Shown here piece after piece: positions 1 to 7,852 of a stretch of DNA of 64,000 bases (within the stretch, counting starts at the first letter, position 1; each line of letters opens with the position of its first letter). The position numbers and the translations under genes are program-made. Origin of the DNA: Pirellulaceae bacterium (lineage in GTDB: Bacteria; Planctomycetota; Planctomycetia; Pirellulales; Pirellulaceae). The stretch covers positions 11,292-75,291 of the forward strand of contig JANRLS010000079.1 of NCBI GenBank assembly GCA_033762315.1, given 5' to 3'. The notes under the pieces are model-generated. The model was given only the letters and a program-made list of their open reading frames with translations. It was not told where the DNA came from and searched no databases.

Positions 1-1380
1 CGGCGAATGCTCTGGGAGCCGCTGGCAGGGCCAATCGGTGAAGCGCAAATGCTGCTGATTTCGCCCGATGGTGGCCTGGGCCGCTTTCCTTGGGCCGCGT
101 TGCCGGTGGATGACGCGGGGCAATACCTGATCGAACGCTTGGGGGTGGCGGTGGTTCCAGTTCCGCGGCTGATTCCGGCGCTGTTCGCGGCGCGCGTGGC
201 CGAGGCATCCGAACCGTCGCTCTGCCTCGTGGGGGATGTCGATTTCGGGGCCGAAGCCGGTGCCGCCGGCGACCAGGTGGCCGCTCGCATTGCCGCCGGT
301 GGGCGGGGGGGCATTTTGCGCAAGTGGCCGGCCTTGCCCGCGACCAGGGCCGAGATTCTCGCCGTTCGCGACTCGTACGAGGCCAAGCATCCGGGGAGCC
401 CCGTCGAGGTGCTGCGCAAGGCGGGGGCGACCGAGGAGCAGCTGCGGCGGTTCGCGGTGAGATCTCGCTATCTACACCTGGCGACGCACGGCTTTTTCGC
501 GCCGGATGAGCTCAAGTCCGTGCTTTCCGCGCCGATCGATGTCGCTGGCCAGCGCCACGCGGGCGCTTCGCCGCCGGCCGCGCCGGCCGATTTGCCGCAA
601 ATGGCGGGCATTGGAGCGGCACTGGAAGTGAATGCCGGCAAGCTGATGGCGACGCGTGTCTTGCCGGACGGGGCCGCTGGATTGGATGGACGACTGAAGG
701 TGGGAGACCAGCTGCTGGCGGTCGCCGAAGCGGAGGGAGAGTTCGCTTCGCTCGTCGGGCTTTCGCTAAGCGACGCGATCGCCCGCATTCGGGGGAAGGT
801 CGAAACGCGCGTGCGGGTGAAGGTCGCCCCTGCCGACGGCGGCCAGGAGTATGTGCTGGAGCTGACTCGGCGGGCGCTGCCGCTGGCCGAAGAGGGGGCT
901 TTGAGCATCGAGACCCTGCATCCGGGGTTGCTGTCGGGAATCGTGCTCGCGGGGGCCAACCAGCCGCCGGATCCGACCAAGGACGATGGCGTGCTCACCG
1001 CACTGGAAGTCGCCGACCTGGACCTGCGGCAGTTGGAGTTGGCCACGCTTTCGGCTTGCGAAACGGGCCTCGGCGCGACCGCCAATGGCGAGGGGCTGCT
1101 CGGCTTGCAGCGGGCCTTTCAAGTGGCGGGGGCGAAGAGTGTCGTCGCCAGCCTGTGGAAGGTGGATGACGACGCCGCGCGCGATTTGATGGAACGCTTT
1201 TACGAGAATCTGTGGACCAAGAATATGGGCAAGCTGCAGGCGCTGCGCGAAGCGCAGCTGTGGATGCTCAAGGAGCGCGGTCCCCGCGGGTTGACCCGCA
1301 TCGAGACCGGCGACACCCCACAAAATCGCCTGCCCCCTTACTACTGGGCCCCCTTCGTCTTGAGCGGTGACTGGCGCTAG
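1..1380 (+). CDS. CHAT-domain (caspase-like) peptidase, C-terminal part; 5' end outside the window
   Basis: The frame is open from nt 1, with no stop before the listed M at 7. The His motif YLHLATHGFF, the Cys motif LSACETGLG and GLLGLQRAFQVAGAKSVVASLWKV fit the CHAT dyad context. A PDZ-like stretch lies between the His and Cys motifs. Confidence 0.8.
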   Translation, partial: RRMLWEPLAGPIGEAQMLLISPDGGLGRFPWAALPVDDAGQYLIERLGVAVVPVPRLIPALFAARVAEASEPSLCLVGDVDFGAEAGAAGDQVAARIAAGGRGGILRKWPALPATRAEILAVRDSYEAKHPGSPVEVLRKAGATEEQLRRFAVRSRYLHLATHGFFAPDELKSVLSAPIDVAGQRHAGASPPAAPADLPQMAGIGAALEVNAGKLMATRVLPDGAAGLDGRLKVGDQLLAVAEAEGEFASLVGLSLSDAIARIRGKVETRVRVKVAPADGGQEYVLELTRRALPLAEEGALSIETLHPGLLSGIVLAGANQPPDPTKDDGVLTALEVADLDLRQLELATLSACETGLGATANGEGLLGLQRAFQVAGAKSVVASLWKVDDDAARDLMERFYENLWTKNMGKLQALREAQLWMLKERGPRGLTRIETGDTPQNRLPPYYWAPFVLSGDWR

Positions 1381-1660
1381 GTCGATGAGCGGGAAACGGC
1401 AACCATGCCGAGGAGTTCCCCGCGCGAGCCACCTGGCGTGAAGGAGCTTGGTCGTCGTCGGATTCGCCCGCGGGGCGGAAAAAAAACTTCCCGAAATTTT
1501 GCCGGGGACGGAGATTTTTTGGGAACCTTTTGGGGGTCCAAAGCGTTCTATACAAATGGACGAATATGCAGTATTGTTTGGCACGGGCATTCAGTCGGCG
1601 ATGTTTGGCAATTTGGTGGGCGGTGAAGCGTTGTGAGTCCCCTCTGGCGAGGAGTTTTAA

Positions 1661-1863
1661 TACCAGGTTTCCAGAAACCCCCGTGTGTGGCCCTGGTGGA
1701 AACTGACGGCGGCGGCAAAGTGCGATTTTCGGGCGGATTTTGCGGGTTCGCGGCCGGGCAGGTTTCCACGGGGGTCGAAAGGGTGGAAACCAAGGTTAAG
1801 TGGAGGCTGAATAAGGACTTAGGTCACAAAATGGGGAGAAAAGGAGGGTGACGAGTGGAAACC
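1661..1863 (+). repeat. Non-coding modular element, copy 1 (GGTTTCC / GGAAACC units)
   Basis: The 22-mer TACCAGGTTTCCAGAAACCCCC (1661-1682) is identical to 35014-35035. GGTTTCCAC (1761-1769) and GTGGAAACC (1783-1791) form a hairpin. Another GTGGAAACC at 1855-1863 starts 72 nt after the previous one, the same offset as in copy 2. No credible ORF. Confidence 0.7.
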
Positions 1864-1870
1864 TTTCGGG

Positions 1871-1945
1871 GAGTGAGTGGTGAGTAGGTGAGCGGTAGGT
1901 GAGATTGGTCATTGGTGCTTTGTCATTGGTCATTCCCTTGGTTGG
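1871..1945. repeat. Simple-sequence block: GTGAG-type units followed by TGGTCATTGGT-type units
   Basis: gagtgagtggtgagtaggtgagcggtaggtgag is followed by attggtcattggtgctttgtcattggtcattcccttggttgg, read directly from the sequence. Confidence 0.6.
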
Positions 1946-1981
1946 GGGCCGACCTCGCGGGGCGCGGCACGCTCGTCCAGC

Positions 1982-2114
1982 GGCTTATGGGAAGTCTTGT
2001 AACTATAGTAAACCGCCGGCCATTGCCGGGGCGAATAAGCGGGCAAGTGTTTGAGCGGCTCGTAGTTAGAAATCACTCGCTAACGTACGACCCTCCGCGC
2101 GGACAATAAGCGGC
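1982..2114 (+). repeat. Conserved non-coding element with ACTATAGT core, copy 1
   Basis: The 20-mer AAGTCTTGTAACTATAGTAA (1992-2011) matches 61758-61777 with one mismatch. GCAAGTG follows after exactly 31 nt in both copies. CAATAAGCGGC follows after 54 nt here and 52 nt in copy 2. GGCTTAT at the 5' end is complementary to ATAAGC at the 3' end. Confidence 0.65.
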
Positions 2115-2310
2115 GGGCGACCAGGAACCAGGAACAAGTTTGTTCCCGGCTAGTCGCAGGAGTAGTCGGCTATTCGCGGGCCACCTAGCGGGACCCGCGT
2201 CTCCCTCTCCCAGTCGCCGCGCGGCCACGCTACAACAAGGTGCTTAGTCAGGCCAGCAACGGGAGAGGCCTGGCGACGTGCTCACGGCAACCTGTGCGGG
2301 AAACCTCTCC

Positions 2311-3504
2311 ATGACTACCAACGGATCGCTCAATCGGAAGCTGCGGATGGCCCTCGTCGGCGGGGGGCAAGGGGCGTTTATCGGCCGCGTTCATGCCACG
2401 GCGGCGGTGCTCGACAACCGGGCCGCTTTGGTCGCGGGTTGCCTGTCGAGCAGTCCGGAAAAGGCCAAGGCGTCGGCACCCGATTACGACATCCCGGCCG
2501 AGCGGGCTTATGCGTCGATCGGCGAGCTGGTGCAAAAAGAGAAAGCCCTGCCGGCCGATCAGCGGATCGATTTCGTGAGCGTGGCCACGCCGAACCACAC
2601 CCACTTCGAGATCGCCAAGACGGCGGCCGAGGCGGGCTTCAACGTGATCTGCGATAAGCCGCTGACATTCGACCTCGCCCAGGCGGAGGCGCTCGCCGCC
2701 ACGGTCGAGAAAACCGGCGTGGTGTTTGCGGTCACGCACAACTACACGGGCTATCCGCTGGTGCGGCAAGCGCGGGAGATGATTCTGGCGGGGGAGTTGG
2801 GAGAGATCAACGCGATTCGCTCGTTCTACATTCAAGGCTGGCTGCGGACGCGGCTCGAAACCGGCGACCAGAAGCAGGCCGCCTGGCGGACCGATCCAAA
2901 ACGGAGCGGCGCGGCGGGGTGCTTCGGGGACATCGCCACGCACGCCTATAACCTGGCCCGCTACATGACGGGGCTCTTGCCGGCCGAGATCAGTTGCCAC
3001 CTCAAATCGTTCGAGGCGGGGCGCCAGCTCGACGACTACGGCACCGCCATCATCAAGTTCCAAAATGGCGCGCTGGGCACGGTGACGGCGTCGCAAATCA
3101 GCCACGGCCGCGAGAACGACCTGTTCATTGAAATCGACGGCACGAAGGGGGCGATTCAGTGGCGGCAGGAAGAGCCAAACACGCTAATTCTGCGGAAGAA
3201 CGGCCAGCCGCACCAGATTTATACGCGCGGCGGCGGGCCCTATTTGGGTCAGGCCGCCGCCGCCGCCAGCCGGTTGCCGCCGGGGCATCCGGAGGCGTTT
3301 TTCGAGGCGTTCGCGAACGTTTATCGGGCCGCTTACGACGCCATGATTTTGCGGGCCGAGGGGAAGAAATTCGAGCCGGTGAACACGGTTTATCCGAACG
3401 TGAACGACGGCGTCGAAGGGATGTATTTCATTCAGCAATCGGTGGCCAGCAGCCAGCAAAATGGGGCCTGGCTGCCGCTCGCGCACGGGCGAGCGAGGAA
3501 GTAG
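2311..3504 (+). CDS. Gfo/Idh/MocA family oxidoreductase
   Basis: N-terminal Rossmann motif [18 protein letters not shown]. The remainder fits the family ([17 protein letters not shown]). Start moved to the ATG at 2311 inside ORF 2278..3504. Confidence 0.85.
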   Translation: MTTNGSLNRKLRMALVGGGQGAFIGRVHATAAVLDNRAALVAGCLSSSPEKAKASAPDYDIPAERAYASIGELVQKEKALPADQRIDFVSVATPNHTHFEIAKTAAEAGFNVICDKPLTFDLAQAEALAATVEKTGVVFAVTHNYTGYPLVRQAREMILAGELGEINAIRSFYIQGWLRTRLETGDQKQAAWRTDPKRSGAAGCFGDIATHAYNLARYMTGLLPAEISCHLKSFEAGRQLDDYGTAIIKFQNGALGTVTASQISHGRENDLFIEIDGTKGAIQWRQEEPNTLILRKNGQPHQIYTRGGGPYLGQAAAAASRLPPGHPEAFFEAFANVYRAAYDAMILRAEGKKFEPVNTVYPNVNDGVEGMYFIQQSVASSQQNGAWLPLAHGRARK

Positions 3505-3522
3505 GTAGTCCGCGGTCAGTTC

Positions 3523-3618
3523 GAAAACTTCGGGTGCCACGCCCAGGGCACGTGGGCGTGTCGGGGCGAAAGAACGGTACGCTCACGCCAGCGTGGGACG
3601 TGGCACCCAACCCGAAAA
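3523..3618. repeat. REP-like inverted-repeat element (GTGCCACG..CCCACGC/GCGTGGG family), two inverted copies
   Basis: The reverse complement of 3584-3618 is ttttcgggttgggtgccacgtcccacgctggcgtg, which matches 44392-44426 at 32 of 35 positions. A degenerate forward copy with an 8-bp hairpin cacgccca/tgggcgtg lies at 3538-3560. Confidence 0.7.
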
Positions 3619-3631
3619 CTTTGGTTGGACG

Positions 3632-3649
3632 ACGCCCTGGGGCGTTTTT
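3632..3649 (+). terminator. Weak intrinsic-terminator-like hairpin plus T-run downstream of the oxidoreductase gene
   Basis: acgcc-ctgg-ggcgt followed by tttt. The stem is only 5 bp. Confidence 0.35.
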
Positions 3650-3707
3650 CGCCGGCCGATTATCGGGGATAATTTCAGTTCCGCAACAGCTCGCTCAGGA
3701 AGTTCGC

Positions 3708-4400
3708 ATGTCGGCCGATCCCTCCGCGCTTGATCCGTATCGCAGCCCGACGCTGCCCGATGCCCCGTATGCCGCAACGGGGGGCTCGCGGCGGCCGGGC
3801 TGGCTGACGGCGCTGTGCGTGGTGTGCATCGTGCTCGGGGCGCTGGGAGTGACCAGCGGCCTGTTCGGCGTCGCGGGGGCGGCGCTCGGCGAGACGCTGC
3901 AAAAGGCGATGAGCCCGAAGAATCCCCCCGGCGCGACCGACGAAATGCAGCAACTGAGCCAGCAGTTTCAGGACCAGATGAACGACGTGCAGCAGCGGTT
4001 TTTCGCGGGCATTTTGGGGGCCGCGATCGCCCGCATTTTCGTGGCGGGGTTTCTGCTGTTTGGCGGGCTGCAAGGGCTGGGGCTCAAGGAGCGCGGCCGG
4101 AAAATGCTGCTGGCGGCGTGCCTCGCGGCGATCGTGTTCGAGCTTGGCCACATGATTTTGCAGACGCTGGTGAACATGGAAATGATGAACGCCTTTAACA
4201 CGTTTCTCGAGGGGCTGAGCCAGTCGCTGGCCAGTTCGCCCGGCCGGGCAGGGGTCGAAACGATGCTGGGAATCATGCGCGGGGCGATGGTGTTTGGCAT
4301 GGTGCTGCAATACTTGCTGGTGCTGGGCAAGCTGGTGGTTTATGGGTGGGGTTCGCTCTATCTCAGGCGGCCGAACGTGCGGGCCGTATTCGCCCCTTGA
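3708..4400 (+). CDS. Hypothetical multi-pass membrane protein
   Basis: ATG at 3708 inside ORF 3159..4400. About four hydrophobic segments (LTALCVVCIVLGALGV, ILGAAIARIFVAGFLLFGG, LLAACLAAIVFELG, MVFGMVLQYLLVLG). No family recognised. Confidence 0.65.
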   Translation: MSADPSALDPYRSPTLPDAPYAATGGSRRPGWLTALCVVCIVLGALGVTSGLFGVAGAALGETLQKAMSPKNPPGATDEMQQLSQQFQDQMNDVQQRFFAGILGAAIARIFVAGFLLFGGLQGLGLKERGRKMLLAACLAAIVFELGHMILQTLVNMEMMNAFNTFLEGLSQSLASSPGRAGVETMLGIMRGAMVFGMVLQYLLVLGKLVVYGWGSLYLRRPNVRAVFAP

Positions 4401-4412
4401 CGAGGCGCTTCG

Positions 4413-4919
4413 ATGACTCACTCCGACTCGCGCATCGCCGTCTATACCGGTTCGTTCGATCCGCTCACGCTGGGGCATCTCAACGTGATCGAGCGGGCCG
4501 CCCGGCTGGTCGATACGCTCATCGTCGGCATTGGCATCAACACCGAGAAGGCGGCGCTCTTTTCGCCGGCCGAGCGGGCCGAGCTGCTGGCGGCATCGAC
4601 GGCTCATTTGACGAACATCGACATCCGCCCGTTCTCAAACCTGGCGGTCGAGTTCGTCCGCCAGTGCGGAGCGCGGGTGATGATTCGGGGCGTCCGCCCG
4701 CTGACCGATCTGGCGGGCGAGTTCACGATGATGATGGCCAACAAGCACCTCGACGCGGGAATCGAAACGGTGTTCCTCATGGCGGACGAGGAATTCGCCC
4801 ACGTCAGCAGCTCGCTGATCAAGCAAATCACGCCGCTGGCCGGCGACGAAATGCTGCGGCGATTCGTCCCCGCCGCCATCATTCCCGCCTTGCGGGCCAA
4901 GATTCGCCGGCAAGATTGA
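4413..4919 (+). CDS. coaD: Phosphopantetheine adenylyltransferase
   Basis: IAVYTGSFDPLTLGHLNVIERA (nucleotidyltransferase HxGH-type motif), about 168 aa, with the family-typical C-terminal SSSLIKQ. Confidence 0.93.
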   Translation: MTHSDSRIAVYTGSFDPLTLGHLNVIERAARLVDTLIVGIGINTEKAALFSPAERAELLAASTAHLTNIDIRPFSNLAVEFVRQCGARVMIRGVRPLTDLAGEFTMMMANKHLDAGIETVFLMADEEFAHVSSSLIKQITPLAGDEMLRRFVPAAIIPALRAKIRRQD

Positions 4920-4927
4920 ACGGCCAG

Positions 4928-6862
4928 TTACGGCTCGATTCCCAGCCAAATCCGCGACGACAGCACGAGCCGCTCGGCACTCGAGAGGGCTTGCCAGTCG
5001 CCGCGAACCCGAATCGCGAGGTCCGGGTCGCTCGTCATGAGATTATCGACGCCGCGCTGCAAAAAGCGCGACATTTGCCGCGGGTCGTTGACCGTCCAGA
5101 CATGCACTTCGCGCCCTTGCCGCTGGGCCCGCGCGAGCAGATCGTCGCTCAGAAAATCGGCCCGCACGCTGAGCGCATCCACGTCGAGCCGCGAAAGGTC
5201 TCCCACGGCCTGCGCCACGATCAGCCCCGTGCGCTGCCGCGGATTGAGGCGGCGGGCTTCGCGGCAATCGGCGAGGTGAAACGAAGTGATGAGACACTGA
5301 TCGGCGAAGTCCGCATCGCGCACAACCGCCGTGACGGCGGCGGCGAGAGTCCGGTCGGTGGCGGTCGATTTCAGCTCGATATTGAGCCGCAGTTCGCCCC
5401 GGCAGAGGTCGATCGCCTCGGCGAGCGTGGGCACGCGCTCGCCCGTGAATTGCGAGCCGAACCAGCGGCCGACATCGAGCTGCTTGAGCTGAGCCAGCGA
5501 AACCTGATCGATCCGCCGCGAGTCGCTGGCGACGCGCCGCAGGTCGCGGTCGTGCAGCAGCACCACCACGCCGTCGGAGGTTTGTCGGGCATCGATCTCG
5601 GCATAGTCCGCGCCGCTGGCGATGGCGGCGCGCAGCGCGGCGAGGGTGTTTTCCGGCGCGGCGCGGGCGTGTCCGCGGTGGGCCGTGATTCCCACCGGCC
5701 GGGGCTCGGGGACGAGCCACGGAAGTTCGATCCAAATGATGAGCGGCAAGAGCACGACGCCGGCGAGCAGCGTGCCGACGATGCGTCTCGGCCACGGTCC
5801 GGCGGCGGCGGGTTCCTCGGCAGGAGCGGGAGTTGGCGGCGGTCCGCACTGCTGGCGGGCGGCCAGATAGAGCCGGCGCGTCAGCAGGGCGAGGCCGATC
5901 ATGAGGACGAGCGAACTGGTGGCCAGAAGGAGCGCTTGCCCGGCGAGCAACATGGCGATCAGCCAGACCGGCGTCGTTTCGCCCCAGTCGAGCAGCAGCG
6001 CGGCCAACCAGCGATAGGCGGCCGTCACGCCGGTGGCCGCCGCGAACCAAATGGCCAGCCAGCCGCCGAGAATGAGGAGGATTCGCCAGAAGGTTCCGCG
6101 AGTCAGCTCGCGACTGGTGCGGCAGGCGGCGCGCACCGATTGCCCCTCGAACAGAACCACGGGGAGCGCGAGCGACCAGCGGACCTGCAGCCAGGTCGAG
6201 AGGATGGTGCCCACCGCGGCGAGGACCGTGCCGATGCCGACGGCCAGCCAGAATTCCGGAGGCCGCTTTTGCCAGTAGAAATAGATGTCGTACCTCGTCA
6301 GCAGCAGTTGCCAGGTGAATGCCGCCGCGATGGCCAGCGGGATCGCCCCCGCGGCGAGCACGACCAATTGCAGCGCAGCGAAGCGGGTCACGCGCCAAAC
6401 ACCGAGCAGCAGCCGGCTGGCCGCTGGGCGCGAAGCGCCATCCCAGGCGGCCAGGGCCATGATCGCCGCTTGCTCGATGAGGAACACGCTGAGCCACAAC
6501 AGCGCGAGGAGCGCCGCCGCCGCCAGCCCGAGCGGCGAAAGCACGGCGTCGAGCAGTTCGCGATTGCTGACCGCTACCCGCCCCGACCGAGACAGGAGCA
6601 GCGCCAACACGAGCGCCGCGGCCGGGGCGACGAGCCAAGCCTCGACGAACTTGGCCCCCAATTGAAACAACACCAGCCGCTTCCACGCCGCGCGGAAGTC
6701 GTCCGCCGCGCGGCGGCAAAGCTCCAAGACCGTCGCGGATTCGGTGCCGCGATCGACAGCCAGGGGATTGCTTTCGAGGTCAGTGTCGGACGGTCTAATG
6801 CTTGTGTTCCGCGCCGGCCGGGGTGAATTCGACGGTGAAGGGCTTGCCGTTGATCGTGACAT
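4928..6862 (-). CDS. Membrane-anchored glycerophosphodiester phosphodiesterase (GDPD) family protein
   Basis: C-terminal GDPD motifs ITAHRGHARAAPENTLAAL and AEIDARQTSDGVVVLLHD follow a long multi-TM N-terminal domain. The start is uncertain. The ATG at 6862 overlaps the upstream gene by 68 nt, and an in-frame TTG at 6727 would remove the overlap. Confidence 0.8.
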   Translation of the reverse strand: MSRSTASPSPSNSPRPARNTSIRPSDTDLESNPLAVDRGTESATVLELCRRAADDFRAAWKRLVLFQLGAKFVEAWLVAPAAALVLALLLSRSGRVAVSNRELLDAVLSPLGLAAAALLALLWLSVFLIEQAAIMALAAWDGASRPAASRLLLGVWRVTRFAALQLVVLAAGAIPLAIAAAFTWQLLLTRYDIYFYWQKRPPEFWLAVGIGTVLAAVGTILSTWLQVRWSLALPVVLFEGQSVRAACRTSRELTRGTFWRILLILGGWLAIWFAAATGVTAAYRWLAALLLDWGETTPVWLIAMLLAGQALLLATSSLVLMIGLALLTRRLYLAARQQCGPPPTPAPAEEPAAAGPWPRRIVGTLLAGVVLLPLIIWIELPWLVPEPRPVGITAHRGHARAAPENTLAALRAAIASGADYAEIDARQTSDGVVVLLHDRDLRRVASDSRRIDQVSLAQLKQLDVGRWFGSQFTGERVPTLAEAIDLCRGELRLNIELKSTATDRTLAAAVTAVVRDADFADQCLITSFHLADCREARRLNPRQRTGLIVAQAVGDLSRLDVDALSVRADFLSDDLLARAQRQGREVHVWTVNDPRQMSRFLQRGVDNLMTSDPDLAIRVRGDWQALSSAERLVLSSRIWLGIEP

Positions 6863-7328
6863 CCACCTTCGCGGTCACTTTTTCGCTGAGCGATTCGAGG
6901 ACGCCGAGCAGTTGCTTGTCCACGATTTCGAACTTGGCCGAGAGGGGCATATCGGGAGTGCGATCGACGGCGAGCAGCTCGAAGGAGCTTTCCTTGTCCC
7001 CGACTTTGGTTGCGATCACGAGTTTCTCCGCCGGAATCGGCACGGTGTCCTTCATCGCGGCATCGAGGACATAGACCGTGACCTTGCCGTCGTCGGTATG
7101 GGTCCATTCGAGGTGATAGTCCTCCTTGCCGACAACCAGCACGTGCCCGCCGTGCGGGGCGGCGGCATGGCTGTGGTCGTGGTCGTGCCCGTGGTCATGG
7201 CCATGCTCGTGGCCGTGGTCATGTTCGCCTTCGGGCGGCTTGTTAGAAGTCGAGCTTGTGCAGCCGTAGGCGAACAAGGCCGTGGCAACTAGTAGCAAAG
7301 TCTGCGCGAAGTGCTTAGTCAGTGACAT
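6795..7328 (-). CDS. His-rich lipoprotein (putative metal-binding)
   Basis: Start at MSLTKHF. Lipobox LFAYGC. HDHGHEHGHDHGHDHDHSH tract directly after the lipidation site. Confidence 0.7.
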   Translation of the reverse strand: MSLTKHFAQTLLLVATALFAYGCTSSTSNKPPEGEHDHGHEHGHDHGHDHDHSHAAAPHGGHVLVVGKEDYHLEWTHTDDGKVTVYVLDAAMKDTVPIPAEKLVIATKVGDKESSFELLAVDRTPDMPLSAKFEIVDKQLLGVLESLSEKVTAKVDVTINGKPFTVEFTPAGAEHKH

Positions 7329-7713
7329 GGATTTGATCGAGGAAGGAGAAATGTGCTGAATTATCGACATTGCTCGGCTGCCGGTTGGGGGCCAGCGCAC
7401 CGCTTTCCCGCATAGACAGGGCGGATCGACGCAGGTAGTTAACGCAACCTTGCCGCCGCCCAATTTCGCGCGACTGGAGAATCCCCAGCGACAGTAGCGA
7501 AAGGAGAACCGTCAACATCGTTCCAAATACCAGCACCCGCTTGCCGAACTCCGGCGCCCAGCTATAGGAATAACCCAAACCAAGGGTACCCGCCAGAAAC
7601 ACGATCCCGATGGCCAGCGTGGTATTCCCATAAAGTAGCGCAAAAAAAGTTGAGCGCAAGCAAATATCCAGCAGGAACAAAAAGACGATCGCTCCCTGCA
7701 AACGAGGATGCAT
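7315..7713 (-). CDS. Hypothetical small membrane protein (visibly lower G+C)
   Basis: Three hydrophobic segments in the first ~90 aa. Overlaps the downstream lipoprotein start by 14 nt. No family recognised. Confidence 0.5.
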   Translation of the reverse strand: MHPRLQGAIVFLFLLDICLRSTFFALLYGNTTLAIGIVFLAGTLGLGYSYSWAPEFGKRVLVFGTMLTVLLSLLSLGILQSREIGRRQGCVNYLRRSALSMRESGALAPNRQPSNVDNSAHFSFLDQIHVTD

Positions 7714-7852
7714 TGCGCGATTCCGACGGAATAGCTCCCTAGGCGAGCGCCACGCCTGCTATTAGGTCACGAATCGAGGGCAAATGCAATGTAGGTAGCG
7801 GACCGACGGCTGCGAAGCAGGCCGGACGTCTGCCTCACGGGAGAAGCAGTGG

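Noticed and set aside
1579-1593. A sigma-54-like promoter, TGGCACGGGCATTCA
   Set aside because: The -24 element is good, but the -12 element reads TTCA instead of TTGC (the GC dinucleotide is missing). No enhancer-binding protein gene or obvious target gene lies nearby.
1448-1636. A 62-codon ORF in the AT-richer part of the first gene-free region
   Set aside because: It has no RBS, no motif and no partner gene. Conservation data would be needed to support it.
1761-1791. Resemblance of GGTTTCCAC / GTGGAAACC to parS half-sites (TGTTTCAC/GTGAAACA)
   Set aside because: There is an extra C in each half. The halves are separated by 13-15 nt instead of abutting. No parAB genes are present, so the similarity is judged superficial.
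4346-6826. An 826-codon plus-strand ORF, and the 558-codon minus-strand ORF at 5043..6719
   Set aside because: Both overlap coaD and the GDPD membrane protein gene, which carry clear family motifs. The products are Arg/Pro/Gly-rich without motifs.
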